DNA of 64,000 bases, taken from contig JALZUO010000016.1 in assembly GCA_023301565.1 (NCBI GenBank), positions 6,967-70,966 on the forward strand, read 5' to 3'. This document shows, piece by piece, positions 38,855-51,261 of this stretch. The DNA comes from Oligoflexales bacterium (GTDB taxonomy: Bacteria; Bdellovibrionota_B; Oligoflexia; Oligoflexales; JALZUQ01). Below the pieces are notes generated by a model, which was not told the origin of the DNA, ran no database searches, and saw only the letters and a list, made by a program, of their open reading frames with translations. A program made the translations under genes and the position numbers. Position 1 is the stretch's first letter, and each line of letters starts with the position of its first letter.

Positions 38855-39343
38855 TTGGGTAATGCGAAAATGGCAGCATCGATGAATTTGACCCCTAACT
38901 TTTGGGTAATGCTTTTTCAAACCATCATTTTTCTTTTCAACGCTTATGTAATCCGCCTTTTTATTTTAGTGCCTTATATGGCGCTACGAAACAAGCGGCT
39001 TGGTCTTACTTCTGGAGCAGAGGAAGAGGCGGCAAAACTTGCCGAACAAAACAAAGCGAAGCTTACAGAGCTCGAAACTCAGATTAAAACAGTCAAAGCA
39101 GAATGCGCAACAGCGGCAAGCACTGCTATAGAAGGTGCAAAAAAAGCCTCGCAGGTAGCACTTGAAAAAGAGCGCCAAACATACGTTGAAACCATTCAAG
39201 CCTCACGAAAACAGTTAGAAGAAAGTATCGGCACGGAAAAGGGCGGACTCGATAAACTTGCATCTAGCGTCGGAAAAGAGCTTAGCGCTTTAATTGGGGT
39301 TGCACCGACGGCGACCTCTGACAATGGGAGCCTCCAGCACTAA
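38855..39343 (+). CDS. F-type ATP synthase Fo subunit b/b' paralog 1; start uncertain
   Basis: Single N-terminal TM helix (NFWVMLFQTIIFLFNAYVI), then a long charged Ala/Glu/Lys helix. First of two b-like genes before atpH. Possible starts are 38855 (TTG), 38870 and 38882 (ATG). Confidence 0.7.
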   Translation: MGNAKMAASMNLTPNFWVMLFQTIIFLFNAYVIRLFILVPYMALRNKRLGLTSGAEEEAAKLAEQNKAKLTELETQIKTVKAECATAASTAIEGAKKASQVALEKERQTYVETIQASRKQLEESIGTEKGGLDKLASSVGKELSALIGVAPTATSDNGSLQH

Positions 39344-39345
39344 TT

Positions 39346-39918
39346 ATGGAATTCTTACAGACATTTATTTTTCCTCACATTAACTTTGCAATATTTTGTG
39401 CGATCGTGTTTTTTGGCGGTCGAAAAGCGATTGCTGAAATCTTTGAAGCACAAAGAAAAGATTTTGAACTCGCCCTAGAGTCCGGGCAAGCCTCGCTGAA
39501 AACAGCACAGACAGACCAAGCTGCTATCGTCGAGCGAATGAATGGAATTGAGCATGAAATCAAGCAGCTTCGCGACTCTTCATTAGCTGTTACAAACTCA
39601 GAAATCTCTAGGCTTGAAGAGGACTCAGCAAGGGCCGTCGAGCACCTAAGAGCTGACGCGCAAAGAATAGCTCGCATGGAGCTACAAACAGCTCAAAATA
39701 ACTTAAAAAATAGCGTTATTGAAAAAGCTGTTAAAGGCATTGAGGCTAGCCTAATTCAATCGATCAGAGGCAGGGATAATTCCCCACAAAAATCTCTATT
39801 GTCCAAAGCATTTGGTGAGTTCGAAGCAGCAAACTTTACTAGTAGCGAATCACCGTGGTCTATACCAAACAACCACTCCGGCAGCTCAGCAAAATCGAGC
39901 CCTAGGCCGGTTTCTTAA
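39346..39918 (+). CDS. atpF: F-type ATP synthase Fo subunit b/b' paralog 2
   Basis: N-terminal TM helix, then a long helical region. Sits directly upstream of the delta subunit gene. Confidence 0.75.
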   Translation: MEFLQTFIFPHINFAIFCAIVFFGGRKAIAEIFEAQRKDFELALESGQASLKTAQTDQAAIVERMNGIEHEIKQLRDSSLAVTNSEISRLEEDSARAVEHLRADAQRIARMELQTAQNNLKNSVIEKAVKGIEASLIQSIRGRDNSPQKSLLSKAFGEFEAANFTSSESPWSIPNNHSGSSAKSSPRPVS

Positions 39919-39936
39919 GATAAGGGCTTAGTTTTT

Positions 39937-40476
39937 ATGAATATATCTATCATAGCAAAAAGATATGCAGCGGCCCTTTGGGATGTAACAGAGCCGTCAG
40001 AAAGGGCGTCCACATACTCAGTGTTATGCGGCCTTCTTTCTGCTGTATGGGACCACGATGACGCTAAGAGGCTACTGCGAAACCCAGCTGTTTCATCTGA
40101 TGTAAAAATAAAAATTATTGATGAGTGTCTTGATGCATTAGCCGGAAGCGATACTCTCAAGCTTTTTTTCAAAGAGCTTGTATCTAAAGGGCGGTTTGAG
40201 GCGTTTGACCAGGTTGTAACAGCATTTGAGCAAAAACTCATGGCAGCAAACAACAGCCAAAAGGCAACAGTAACAACGGCTATCCCACTAGAAGAAAGTG
40301 ATTGCGTTCGCATCCGCAAGCAGCTCGAAGAAAAAGTAGGGTCTTCTGTGGATCTGACTCAAAAGGTTGATCCCCAGATTTTAGGTGGAATGATTGTAGA
40401 AGTCGGTGGAAAGCTTTTGGATTTAAGTGTGAAAACAAAACTGAATTCGTTTCAGTCGCACCTAGAGTCTGAATAA
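39937..40476 (+). CDS. atpH: F-type ATP synthase F1 subunit delta (OSCP)
   Basis: 179 aa. N-terminal IAKRYAAAL. C-terminal DPQILGGMIVEVGGKLLDLSVKTKL. Confidence 0.85.
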   Translation: MNISIIAKRYAAALWDVTEPSERASTYSVLCGLLSAVWDHDDAKRLLRNPAVSSDVKIKIIDECLDALAGSDTLKLFFKELVSKGRFEAFDQVVTAFEQKLMAANNSQKATVTTAIPLEESDCVRIRKQLEEKVGSSVDLTQKVDPQILGGMIVEVGGKLLDLSVKTKLNSFQSHLESE

Positions 40477-40522
40477 AAAAATAGAAGTTTTAAAGGCTTA
40501 TTGAAATTGTCCTGAGGAGAAT

Positions 40523-42031
40523 ATGAAGAAACTAAGCGTAGAAGAAGTCAGTAACATCATTAGTCAAAAGATAAAATCTTTTGACTATAACAAGGACCTC
40601 CAACAGGTAGGAAGCGTTCTTACCGTAGGTGACGGTATCGCCCGTGTCTATGGGCTCGACGATGTTATGGCTGGTGAGCTAGTGGAGTTTGAAAATGGTG
40701 CCCGAGGCGTTGTTTTAAACCTTGAAGAGTCCAATGTTGGTGTTGCGATATTTGGCGAGGTTCGCAATATCCGTGAAGGAACTAAGGTAAAGCGAACAGA
40801 GCTTATCAACTCAGTTCCCGTCGGTGAGTCGTTGATTGGGCGCGTAGTCGATGCAATGGGTAACCCTATAGATGGAAATGGTCCATTAAAGGGCGCTAAA
40901 GACGCAGTAGTAGAAAAAAAAGCACCAGGAATCATTGCAAGAAAATCAGTTCATGAGCCACTGCAAACAGGCATCAAAGCTATCGATGCCATGACTCCTA
41001 TTGGGAGGGGGCAGCGCGAGCTCATTATTGGCGATCGCCAAACAGGTAAAACAGCAATTGCGATCGATACAATTTTAAACCAAAAAGGCAAAGACGTTAT
41101 CTGTGTTTATGTTGCTATCGGCCAAAAAGCATCGACAGTAGCAAACGTAGTCGAGCGACTCAGAAAGTCTGGCGCAATGGACTACACAATTGTTGTAAGT
41201 GCTACGGCTCTTGATCCAGCCCCTATGCAGTTTTTAGCGCCTTACTCAGGCTGTAGAATTGCTGAATATTTTCGGGATGCTGGTAAGCACGCAGTGATTT
41301 TTTATGATGATCTGTCAAAGCAAGCAGTTGCTTACCGAGAACTCTCGTTGCTTTTACGCCGGCCTCCGGGTCGTGAAGCCTACCCAGGCGATGTATTCTA
41401 TTTGCATAGCAGACTTCTCGAGCGCGCTTGTAAGCTAAACGATGAGCTAGGCGCAGGCTCTCTTACGGCCTTCCCTATCATCGAAACGCAGGCTGGTGAT
41501 ATTTCTGCATACATTCCAACAAATGTAATTTCTATTACAGACGGCCAGATTTTTGTAGAAACAGACTTGTTTAACGCAGGCCAACGTCCGGCTGTAAATG
41601 CCGGTTTATCCGTATCGCGGGTAGGTGGTAGCGCACAGGTTCCGGCTATGAAAAAGGTTGCAGGTACTTTGCGTCTTGAATTGGCTCAATACCGTGAACT
41701 AGCCGCCTTTGCGCAGTTTGGTTCAGACCTTGATGAGGCTTCGCAAAAGACTCTTAGTAGAGGACGACGGCTGATGGAAGTGCTAAAGCAAAAGCAGTAT
41801 AAGCCGCTTTCTGTCGGGGCTCAGGTTGCAGTTATTTATGCTGCATCTAAAGGGTTTCTTGACGGTGTCGAGGTTTCAGAAGTCGACGCTTGGCAAGAGG
41901 GTTTTTCTGGCTTCCTTACAAGTAATTTTGCATCTGTACTCGATAAAATTGAAAACAGAGCAAAGCTTAGCGAAGTGGAAGAAGACATTAAAAGCGCACT
42001 AGAGCAATACAATCAGTCGAGGCTCCACTAG
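40523..42031 (+). CDS. atpA: F-type ATP synthase F1 subunit alpha
   Basis: P-loop GDRQTGKTA and 502 aa of typical alpha sequence. Confidence 0.97.
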   Translation: MKKLSVEEVSNIISQKIKSFDYNKDLQQVGSVLTVGDGIARVYGLDDVMAGELVEFENGARGVVLNLEESNVGVAIFGEVRNIREGTKVKRTELINSVPVGESLIGRVVDAMGNPIDGNGPLKGAKDAVVEKKAPGIIARKSVHEPLQTGIKAIDAMTPIGRGQRELIIGDRQTGKTAIAIDTILNQKGKDVICVYVAIGQKASTVANVVERLRKSGAMDYTIVVSATALDPAPMQFLAPYSGCRIAEYFRDAGKHAVIFYDDLSKQAVAYRELSLLLRRPPGREAYPGDVFYLHSRLLERACKLNDELGAGSLTAFPIIETQAGDISAYIPTNVISITDGQIFVETDLFNAGQRPAVNAGLSVSRVGGSAQVPAMKKVAGTLRLELAQYRELAAFAQFGSDLDEASQKTLSRGRRLMEVLKQKQYKPLSVGAQVAVIYAASKGFLDGVEVSEVDAWQEGFSGFLTSNFASVLDKIENRAKLSEVEEDIKSALEQYNQSRLH

Positions 42032-44423
<2,392 letters not shown>

Positions 44424-44502
44424 TTAAATTAGCTATATAAAAACAGTTAAATGAGATTTTTCGGAACTGTAAATACTTAAAAACAGATAAGGTAGAGCCC
44501 AC

Positions 44503-44958
44503 GTGGAGAAAGCCGCATCAAATCGATTGAACTTAGCACTTCTATCACCGGAAAAAAGAGTTGAGGACCTCCATGAAGCGTCAGCTGTGGCAAACGTCCT
44601 TGTGCCCGGTATTAACGGCTATTTTGTAGCCTCGCCCAAACACACAGACTTAATCGCAGAGATTGGGGCTGGGGTGCTCACGCTTCTTGGCGAGTCAAAC
44701 GAGCTTGTTCAACAGTACTTTGTTTCTGGCGGGTTTGTAGAAATGGCAGAAGGAAATACGCTTAAAGTACTCGCCGATGTCATAGAAACCCCTACGGAGG
44801 TTCAGGCCGAGCGAGCAACAAGTGCGCAAAAAAGAGCGATGGACCGACTAAAGGCTAGAAACCACAATACCGACGAGGATATTCTAGACTTTGAACGTGC
44901 AAACAAAGCTCTGGCAAGATCGCAGTATCGACTGGACCTCTTGGGCCAAAAAAAATAG
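44503..44958 (+). CDS. atpC: F-type ATP synthase F1 subunit epsilon
   Basis: GTG start. Beta-sandwich-like N-terminal half with VSGGFVEM and a helical C-terminus. Last gene of the operon. Confidence 0.8.
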   Translation: MEKAASNRLNLALLSPEKRVEDLHEASAVANVLVPGINGYFVASPKHTDLIAEIGAGVLTLLGESNELVQQYFVSGGFVEMAEGNTLKVLADVIETPTEVQAERATSAQKRAMDRLKARNHNTDEDILDFERANKALARSQYRLDLLGQKK

Positions 44959-44994
44959 GCGTCAGGTCTTTTAGCTTTTAACGGGAGTTTTAAA

Positions 44995-45978
44995 ATGGGT
45001 AATCAATTGAACTGGGCAGCTGTATTGATCGTTGCTAGCTTTGTTGGAGGCCTGTTTTTAGGAAAAAGCACAAAAGAAAAAAAGCCTATTGGAAAAATGG
45101 CCAAAATTGCTGAATTAGCTGGCCCAGAGTTATCAGAAGATGACCAAGAACACTCCGATGCTCTCAATCAAAACGAGATAATTGAAGAGCAAGTCAAAGA
45201 GCTAGACCGTTTACAGGGTGAGGTAACGGTGCTAGAAAAGCAGCTCAAACAGGCAAATGATGTTTGCCGCTCTGATGTAGTGGTCGATGTTAGTACCCCT
45301 GCTAAACCTGCAGCGCTAGGGCCGATTCTTGAACCTGGAAACCCAGTATCTAGTCCAGAGGGAGATCTTGGTGAGTCAGCCTCGGAACCTGCTTCTCGGC
45401 CAACCTCTGATTCAACTATTAACCCAACTACTAATTCAGCTGTTGAGCCAAGTTCAGCGCAGGCCCCTAAGGCAGTTGATTTACAAACAAAGACTATAGA
45501 AAAGCCGCAGCCGGCAATAGTAAAACAACCTACAGTTGCAGAGCTTGAACAAAATCTAGTGTCTGGTGGAGAAAATAGCTTGCAGACACTGGCGAACTTG
45601 CGGTGGACAGATCTTCGGGCTGCTCTTTCAAGTGTTCAGCCGATAAGTGATAGTTTGATGGATAAAATGCCGGAAGGAAACTTCACGGGTTCAAATGAAC
45701 TTGGTCAATATAGGCTGAAAGTTTCTAAAGCCCCCAAACAAAACCAAGCTCCTGTTTACCTGTCGATATCAGACCAAGATATCTGTAGCTGGGAATGGAG
45801 CGAGGTTGTACAGCCATCTGCTAGTGAGCTAGGGATTGCCCTCGAATGCGCAGATCAGGTCCTACAGATTTATCCTAACACTGGCTCAGGCAAAGGCTAT
45901 CTAGGAACAGCGTTTGTAGTAGATCCTAAAAGCGGAAGCACCAAAAGTAATCACGCTTTCGAGTTAATTGCACGGTAA
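44995..45978 (+). CDS. Hypothetical membrane-anchored protein: TM helix, coiled coil, Pro/Ser-rich linker and unknown C-terminal domain
   Basis: GGGAG Shine-Dalgarno sequence. N-terminal TM WAAVLIVASFVGGLFL. Heptad-like EEQVKELDRLQGEVTVLEKQLKQ. PS-rich low-complexity segment. C-terminal region of about 140 aa with no recognised motif. Confidence 0.5.
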   Translation: MGNQLNWAAVLIVASFVGGLFLGKSTKEKKPIGKMAKIAELAGPELSEDDQEHSDALNQNEIIEEQVKELDRLQGEVTVLEKQLKQANDVCRSDVVVDVSTPAKPAALGPILEPGNPVSSPEGDLGESASEPASRPTSDSTINPTTNSAVEPSSAQAPKAVDLQTKTIEKPQPAIVKQPTVAELEQNLVSGGENSLQTLANLRWTDLRAALSSVQPISDSLMDKMPEGNFTGSNELGQYRLKVSKAPKQNQAPVYLSISDQDICSWEWSEVVQPSASELGIALECADQVLQIYPNTGSGKGYLGTAFVVDPKSGSTKSNHAFELIAR

Positions 45979-46088
45979 GCGCTTCTCATTTCAGGCTCGT
46001 TAAAATCTTGAAGTTAACTCTAGTCGCGTATCTAGTGCTATAATGAATGTAGTAAAGCAAATATACATTCAAAACAGGTAGAAGATAC

Positions 46089-47000
46089 GTGGTGGATTCC
46101 AAGAGATTCGATAAAACAGTTCTTGTTACTGGCTCATCTGGCTTTGTTGGTCAAAAGCTTTTGAGAGCGCTATCGGCAAGAGGTGTAAGGACGATAGCAG
46201 CTTATCACCACGGGTGTGTGGAGACACTTCCAAATACCTTCCCTTTTAAGTGTGACCTTCGCAACAAAGCAGAAGTTCATGCGCTAGTTCAACGCTCAGA
46301 TATAGTGGTTCATTGTGCATGGCTAGCTTCCGATAGAAAAGAACACAAAGAGTTCAATCTGTCGCTGACCTCAACCTTGTGTTCGGCAATTCACCAAACC
46401 AGCGGCAAACTTATTTTACTGAGTTCAAATGGCGCTTCGCGCCACTCAAAGAACCCGTTTTTAAGCTTAAAGTATAGGGTTGAGCTGGAAGCTATTAATA
46501 GCGAACTAGGGTCGATTGACATTGTTAGGCTCCCGCCGCTTTTTGATCTAAAAGGCCACAGCTCACCGCTGCGCTCGGCCCTTTGCCACTTGTTTAGAAG
46601 TCCTTTACTTTATCCAAAAAGTGGAGAAAACAAGTTTGTAAGACCTCTATATGTAGGCGACTTAGCGGAGCTTTTAGCCGATCGCGTGACGACAGAAACG
46701 AGCGCGGTTGCACAGGTTTTAGCAGCCCATGGCCCCTCTGAAATCTCCATTGCTGAGCTGTCAGATTTAGCACGCAGCGCTTTTCATAAAAAAACAAAGA
46801 TAGCCGTTAAAGGAGTGTGGGCAGAGCACCTTTTGCGGTGGCTAGGTGAAAGCCCTGCTGTAAAAGCAAAGGCTCAGGCTCCGCTTGAGGTTCTGTCGAC
46901 TAAAAAATCAAGTGGCAGTGCTTTTACGGGTTTAGCTAAGGCCGTAACAACGGCAAACTTGCTTGATATACGAAAAGCTTGGGCACCGACCCTTAAGTAG
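46089..47000 (+). CDS. NAD(P)-dependent epimerase/dehydratase-fold (SDR) protein
   Basis: N-terminal Rossmann motif VLVTGSSGFVGQKL. 303 aa. GTG start. Confidence 0.65.
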   Translation: MVDSKRFDKTVLVTGSSGFVGQKLLRALSARGVRTIAAYHHGCVETLPNTFPFKCDLRNKAEVHALVQRSDIVVHCAWLASDRKEHKEFNLSLTSTLCSAIHQTSGKLILLSSNGASRHSKNPFLSLKYRVELEAINSELGSIDIVRLPPLFDLKGHSSPLRSALCHLFRSPLLYPKSGENKFVRPLYVGDLAELLADRVTTETSAVAQVLAAHGPSEISIAELSDLARSAFHKKTKIAVKGVWAEHLLRWLGESPAVKAKAQAPLEVLSTKKSSGSAFTGLAKAVTTANLLDIRKAWAPTLK

Positions 47001-47024
47001 AAAATATAAATTTTTTCCAAAAAT

Positions 47025-47052
47025 AAAAACCCCCTCCAATTGGAGGGGGTTT
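47025..47052. terminator. Bidirectional hairpin terminator between the convergent epimerase gene and ftsZ
   Basis: Stem CCCCCTCC / GGAGGGGG, loop AATT, flanked by AAAAA on the left and TTT on the right. Confidence 0.75.
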
Positions 47053-47074
47053 CAAGATTGTGTTTTTTCACTCC

Positions 47075-48853
47075 TTAGGGAGTCTCTGGAAGGTCCATCA
47101 CCCCGTTTCGGATGAAAGCCGGTACGTCGAGTTCATCCGATTCACTCTCGTTGCTAGACTTAATCCGTTCAGCAAGTGCAATGGCTTCGTCTATTTTTTG
47201 ATCGATAGAGCTACTTGCTGCCTTTGCCCCTTCGAAGGCTTCAGAGCTTGCATCAGCTTTTTCTTCTGTCTTCTCATCCATTGCGTTGAGCGTCATCATT
47301 GCTAGCTCGTAAGCTTGCGGCAGCTGACTATCATCCAAAGCCTCGCTGGCTAATGGCTCTGCTAAAGGCGTTGGTGTAAAACTTGGAGTGCTTTCAAGCT
47401 CGTGAGAGCCAACCCCTGTATCCACCGTCGGTTGAGCTGATGAATGAAACGCAGGTTGGGACTCTAATGGCGCCGCCGCTTCTACCTGCTCCACCTCAAA
47501 GGTTGGCACGACAGTTGGAGTCTCTGTAGCTTCTATTTTTTCGATGACAGGCATAGAAGGCAGTTGGTTTACCAACGGCTGCGCAGCTACCTGAGCAGAA
47601 GCCAATGTAGCGCCAGCCATGATTGCTGGCTCTGTGTTCCCGACTGCCTCAACCAGGGTTTCAGCAGGAGCGACAACTGAAGAAGCAACCGCAGTCGCTG
47701 TGTTAAAGGAGTCGGCTACTCTTTTAAGGTTTTCAGCTTGGACCGCAAGAGGCTCAGGTGCCGGCGTTTCCGTCACTAATCTTTGAGGGGTAGTTAAAGA
47801 CGGCATTGGCTTCGGCGGATTTTTGAGTGTTCTGTACTGGTGGAAAGTAGCTGAAGCGCCCAGCTCCATGGTGCTAGATGCTTCTGAGCTCTCATGGGCA
47901 AAACCGGTTGCAATCACAGTTACGCGAATCATATCTCCCATACTCTCGTTTATCACAGCACCAAAGATTACGTTTGAGTCTTCGTGGGCTGCATCTTGAA
48001 CTACAGTACATGCTTCGTTGACTTCTAGAAGAGAGAGATCAGAGCCCGAAGTAATATTGATTAAAATACCGGTAGCACCTTCAATGTCGAGGTTTTCCAG
48101 AAGCGGAGACTTAATTGCTTGTAGCGCAGCGTCTTTGGCTCTGTTTTGTCCTTCGGCAGCTCCAATACCCATAAGGGCCATACCGCGGCAGGCCATAACC
48201 GTCCGGACATCTGCAAAGTCAACGTTGACCGTACCAGGCACGTTGATGATATCGCTAATGCCTTTAACTGCGTTTACCAAAACATCGTCAGCAAGCTTAA
48301 AGGCATCAAGCATAGACGTGTTGGCGTCGGCAATCTCTAAAAGCCTTTGGTTAGGGATAGTGATAAGCGTGTCAACAGATTCTTGAAGACGAACTATGCC
48401 GCTTTCAGCATGCTTGCGTCGCCTCTTTCCCTCAAAACCAAACGGTTTTGTAACAACGGCAACTGTTAATGCACCCATTTCACGAGCAATTTGCGCAACG
48501 ATCGGAGCACCACCGGTTCCGGTCCCGCCCCCCATTCCGGCCGTGATAAAAACCATGTCGGCATCACCGATGATCTCTTGGATTTCTTGCCGATCTTCAA
48601 GTGCTGCTTCGCGTCCAATTTCTGGGTTTGCCCCTGCACCAAGACCTTTGGTGAGCTGCTTACCGATTTGAACCTTTTTGTCCGCTAGTGAGTTCCTTAA
48701 GGCCTGCAAGTCAGTATTGAGTGCGATAAACTCAACACCATCAATGCCTGTGGAAACCATTGTGTTAACGGCATTGCCGCCACCACCACCGACTCCGATT
48801 ACTTTAATAGTCGCCCCGAACGGAGCGAGGTTTTCTACGTCCAATGTAGCCAT
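47075..48853 (-). CDS. ftsZ: Cell division GTPase FtsZ with a very long C-terminal linker
   Basis: Start moved to the ATG at 48853 (GAGGTGG upstream). [13 protein letters not shown] tubulin signature. Core ends near IATGF (about aa 318). About 250-aa low-complexity linker. Conserved C-terminal peptide [10 protein letters not shown]. Confidence 0.95.
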   Translation of the reverse strand: MATLDVENLAPFGATIKVIGVGGGGGNAVNTMVSTGIDGVEFIALNTDLQALRNSLADKKVQIGKQLTKGLGAGANPEIGREAALEDRQEIQEIIGDADMVFITAGMGGGTGTGGAPIVAQIAREMGALTVAVVTKPFGFEGKRRRKHAESGIVRLQESVDTLITIPNQRLLEIADANTSMLDAFKLADDVLVNAVKGISDIINVPGTVNVDFADVRTVMACRGMALMGIGAAEGQNRAKDAALQAIKSPLLENLDIEGATGILINITSGSDLSLLEVNEACTVVQDAAHEDSNVIFGAVINESMGDMIRVTVIATGFAHESSEASSTMELGASATFHQYRTLKNPPKPMPSLTTPQRLVTETPAPEPLAVQAENLKRVADSFNTATAVASSVVAPAETLVEAVGNTEPAIMAGATLASAQVAAQPLVNQLPSMPVIEKIEATETPTVVPTFEVEQVEAAAPLESQPAFHSSAQPTVDTGVGSHELESTPSFTPTPLAEPLASEALDDSQLPQAYELAMMTLNAMDEKTEEKADASSEAFEGAKAASSSIDQKIDEAIALAERIKSSNESESDELDVPAFIRNGVMDLPETP

Positions 48854-49225
48854 GACCACCTCATCTGCTAGGTATCCCACCCCATAACAGCCATCCATAG
48901 CTGCAAAGTCTTAATAGGATATTTTGAATTGTTCCCTAAAATTATAAGGACCCGCACGTACCTAAGTCAAACTTTTGACGTTGAAAAAAGCATAAATTCC
49001 AAAATAATTTCGTGGACTTAGGGCCTGCATGCGGACTTCGAAACATAGGCAGTTTTTAAGATATTGATGCCGCAGTGAGAATTGAACGTTTTTGTTTTTT
49101 TGACCAAATTTTTACAGGCCGAGCAATATAGCAATCAAATCAAAGCACGAAGCCAAATTTATTAGCTTTTTTTGCGGCACTGTTTAACGGATCAACCTTT
49201 GATTTTTATTCTTTTCGGTAAAAGC

Positions 49226-50416
49226 CTAGGCAAGCTCTTTAATCCAGTTTACAAACTTCGAAAAATACCCGCCAGCCTTTTGATTTCCGGCAAACTTGTC
49301 TTTGTGCAAGTCGCCAATCTGCATATTAAGCATTCCCAGGCAGGTAGCATATTTTTCAGGAAATACTTTAGCATTGTCTGTTTTCGATAAAATGCTTGGC
49401 TGCATTCTTTTGACTTCGATCTTTAGAAGCCTTGAAAAAAGAACGTCTAACCCTGGGATAAGGCTGCCCCCACCGGTTAGGACTAGTCCGGTGCCAAGGT
49501 GGTGTTTTAAAGGCCCAAGCTCTGCCTCTATTTTTTCTGCCATCTCGACAATGCGCGGCGCAAGGATCTGATAGATTTTAGTGAATTCTATGTTGCGGGG
49601 AACATCGTCTAAGCCGCTACCAACAAAGGTTTGAGCGCGCTTATTTAGGTCAAGTCCGCCCATTCGCTTAAGGCTTTCAGCGCTCTCTTCTTTTACTCCA
49701 AGCCCAAGGCAAAGATCTCGAGTGATCATCTTGCCGCCGATATCTAAGGTGAATATTTTTATAGGGCGCTTGCCTTTGAAGATAATTCCATCTGAGGTAC
49801 CCCCGCCAATATCGAGCATAACTGTACCAAGGTCTTTATGATCTTCTGTCAAGGTGACCGATGAGGATGCCACAGGTTCTGCAATAAAGCGGTCTACCTT
49901 TAAGCCAGACTCGTTGCATAAAGCCATCACGTCTTGCAAGTAGTACTGGTCACCGTCTATCTTTAAAAAGTCTACAGTTAGCTTAGATCCTCGAAAGCCA
50001 ATGGGCTCATCCAGGAAGCGTCGCTCATCTATCTGGTATCCCACAGGAATAAAGTGCATATTTTCACGCATAGGGCTGCGAATATTTATTTTTGCTTTTT
50101 GATAGACCTCATCTAAAAGAAGCCCTTCTACCCTATTGCCGTCTAGCATATGCGTTGTTTGTATAACTTCTGATTTAAGATGGGAGCCAGCAACACCAAC
50201 AGCCACAGAGAGTATATCTGTTTGGAATCTGTCTTCTGCTGCATGCAGCAACTCTATAAGGCTAGCTTTCGCAGACTCAAACCCCGCAACCATACCGCGG
50301 TGCATTCCCATGGCTGGAACAGAAACGAGATCGATTTTTTGCTCGCTTTGAAAGTCGACTTTTCCTAAACAGAACTTGGTGGTACCCAGATCTAGTGCAA
50401 ATATAGTTTTTTTCAT
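49226..50416 (-). CDS. ftsA: Cell division protein FtsA (actin-like ATPase)
   Basis: N-terminal IFALDLGTTKF, DIGGGTSD phosphate-binding motif, and a position between ftsQ and ftsZ. Confidence 0.92.
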   Translation of the reverse strand: MKKTIFALDLGTTKFCLGKVDFQSEQKIDLVSVPAMGMHRGMVAGFESAKASLIELLHAAEDRFQTDILSVAVGVAGSHLKSEVIQTTHMLDGNRVEGLLLDEVYQKAKINIRSPMRENMHFIPVGYQIDERRFLDEPIGFRGSKLTVDFLKIDGDQYYLQDVMALCNESGLKVDRFIAEPVASSSVTLTEDHKDLGTVMLDIGGGTSDGIIFKGKRPIKIFTLDIGGKMITRDLCLGLGVKEESAESLKRMGGLDLNKRAQTFVGSGLDDVPRNIEFTKIYQILAPRIVEMAEKIEAELGPLKHHLGTGLVLTGGGSLIPGLDVLFSRLLKIEVKRMQPSILSKTDNAKVFPEKYATCLGMLNMQIGDLHKDKFAGNQKAGGYFSKFVNWIKELA

Positions 50417-51214
50417 TCAAAGCCTCTCGTCGTATTTGATGATTCCCTTGTTGGAATAATCAAGGTCTATGCTCACTGCTTTTTTGTTGCCTAATTTTGC
50501 CTGGGTTTGCTTGTAGCGCCCTAGTTTGCGTTTAAACTGAGTGTGGCCAACAATGACATTGGTCTCACTTCGGACAACGTGAAAGGCAAGCCCTCTTCCA
50601 TCGGTGAACTCAATTTTTTTAAGTTTAACCTGCATGCTGCTAGCCGCTTTTATCAGGCGCAAAGCCTTGCCTAGCTTGGCTCTTGTTTTTTTTGACAGCT
50701 CAAGAGTTCCAAGCGGCGCCATCTCAGGCTGTTTGACTTCGTCTGTTAGAAACTGACTAAGCAAAACGTGTTTTGGTTGCTTTTTTTCTGAAGGAAAAAC
50801 TTCTCCGTCGCTACTCAAACTCCACGTCTTGCCCCAAGCCAATATGTATGCAAGCGCTTCTCGGCGTTTTATGGAAACAGTGATTTCATTTGCCTGCAGG
50901 CGTACGTTTGAAAAAGAAAAACCAAATTTTTTGTGCACAGCATTTGCCAGATCTTCTAGAGATCTTGCCTTTTTAGCCTTTGTTTCGACGAGTTTTTTGA
51001 CCCTATTTTTGGCTTTTTTATCGTCTGGTAAGGTGTCCAAAAACTTAACTCGTATGCGGTATTGATCAAGCCCCGAGCTATGGTTTTGCAAAAGATAGTA
51101 ACCACCAAACCCAGTTCCACCAAGGACTATAAGCCACGAAAGACTTTTTAGCGCAGTCTTGATTTTTGAAAATGTTCTTTTAGGCTTTTGTCTTAACAGT
51201 ATAGACTTACCCAC
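50417..51214 (-). CDS. ftsQ: Cell division protein FtsQ (POTRA-containing, bitopic)
   Basis: Single N-terminal TM helix (LSWLIVLGGTGFGGYYLL), 265 aa, abutting the ftsA start codon. Confidence 0.7.
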   Translation of the reverse strand: MGKSILLRQKPKRTFSKIKTALKSLSWLIVLGGTGFGGYYLLQNHSSGLDQYRIRVKFLDTLPDDKKAKNRVKKLVETKAKKARSLEDLANAVHKKFGFSFSNVRLQANEITVSIKRREALAYILAWGKTWSLSSDGEVFPSEKKQPKHVLLSQFLTDEVKQPEMAPLGTLELSKKTRAKLGKALRLIKAASSMQVKLKKIEFTDGRGLAFHVVRSETNVIVGHTQFKRKLGRYKQTQAKLGNKKAVSIDLDYSNKGIIKYDERL

Positions 51215-51261
51215 GAAAACCTCCTTGTCTTCAGTGCGTGCTTAGCTATTTTAGCAGATTC

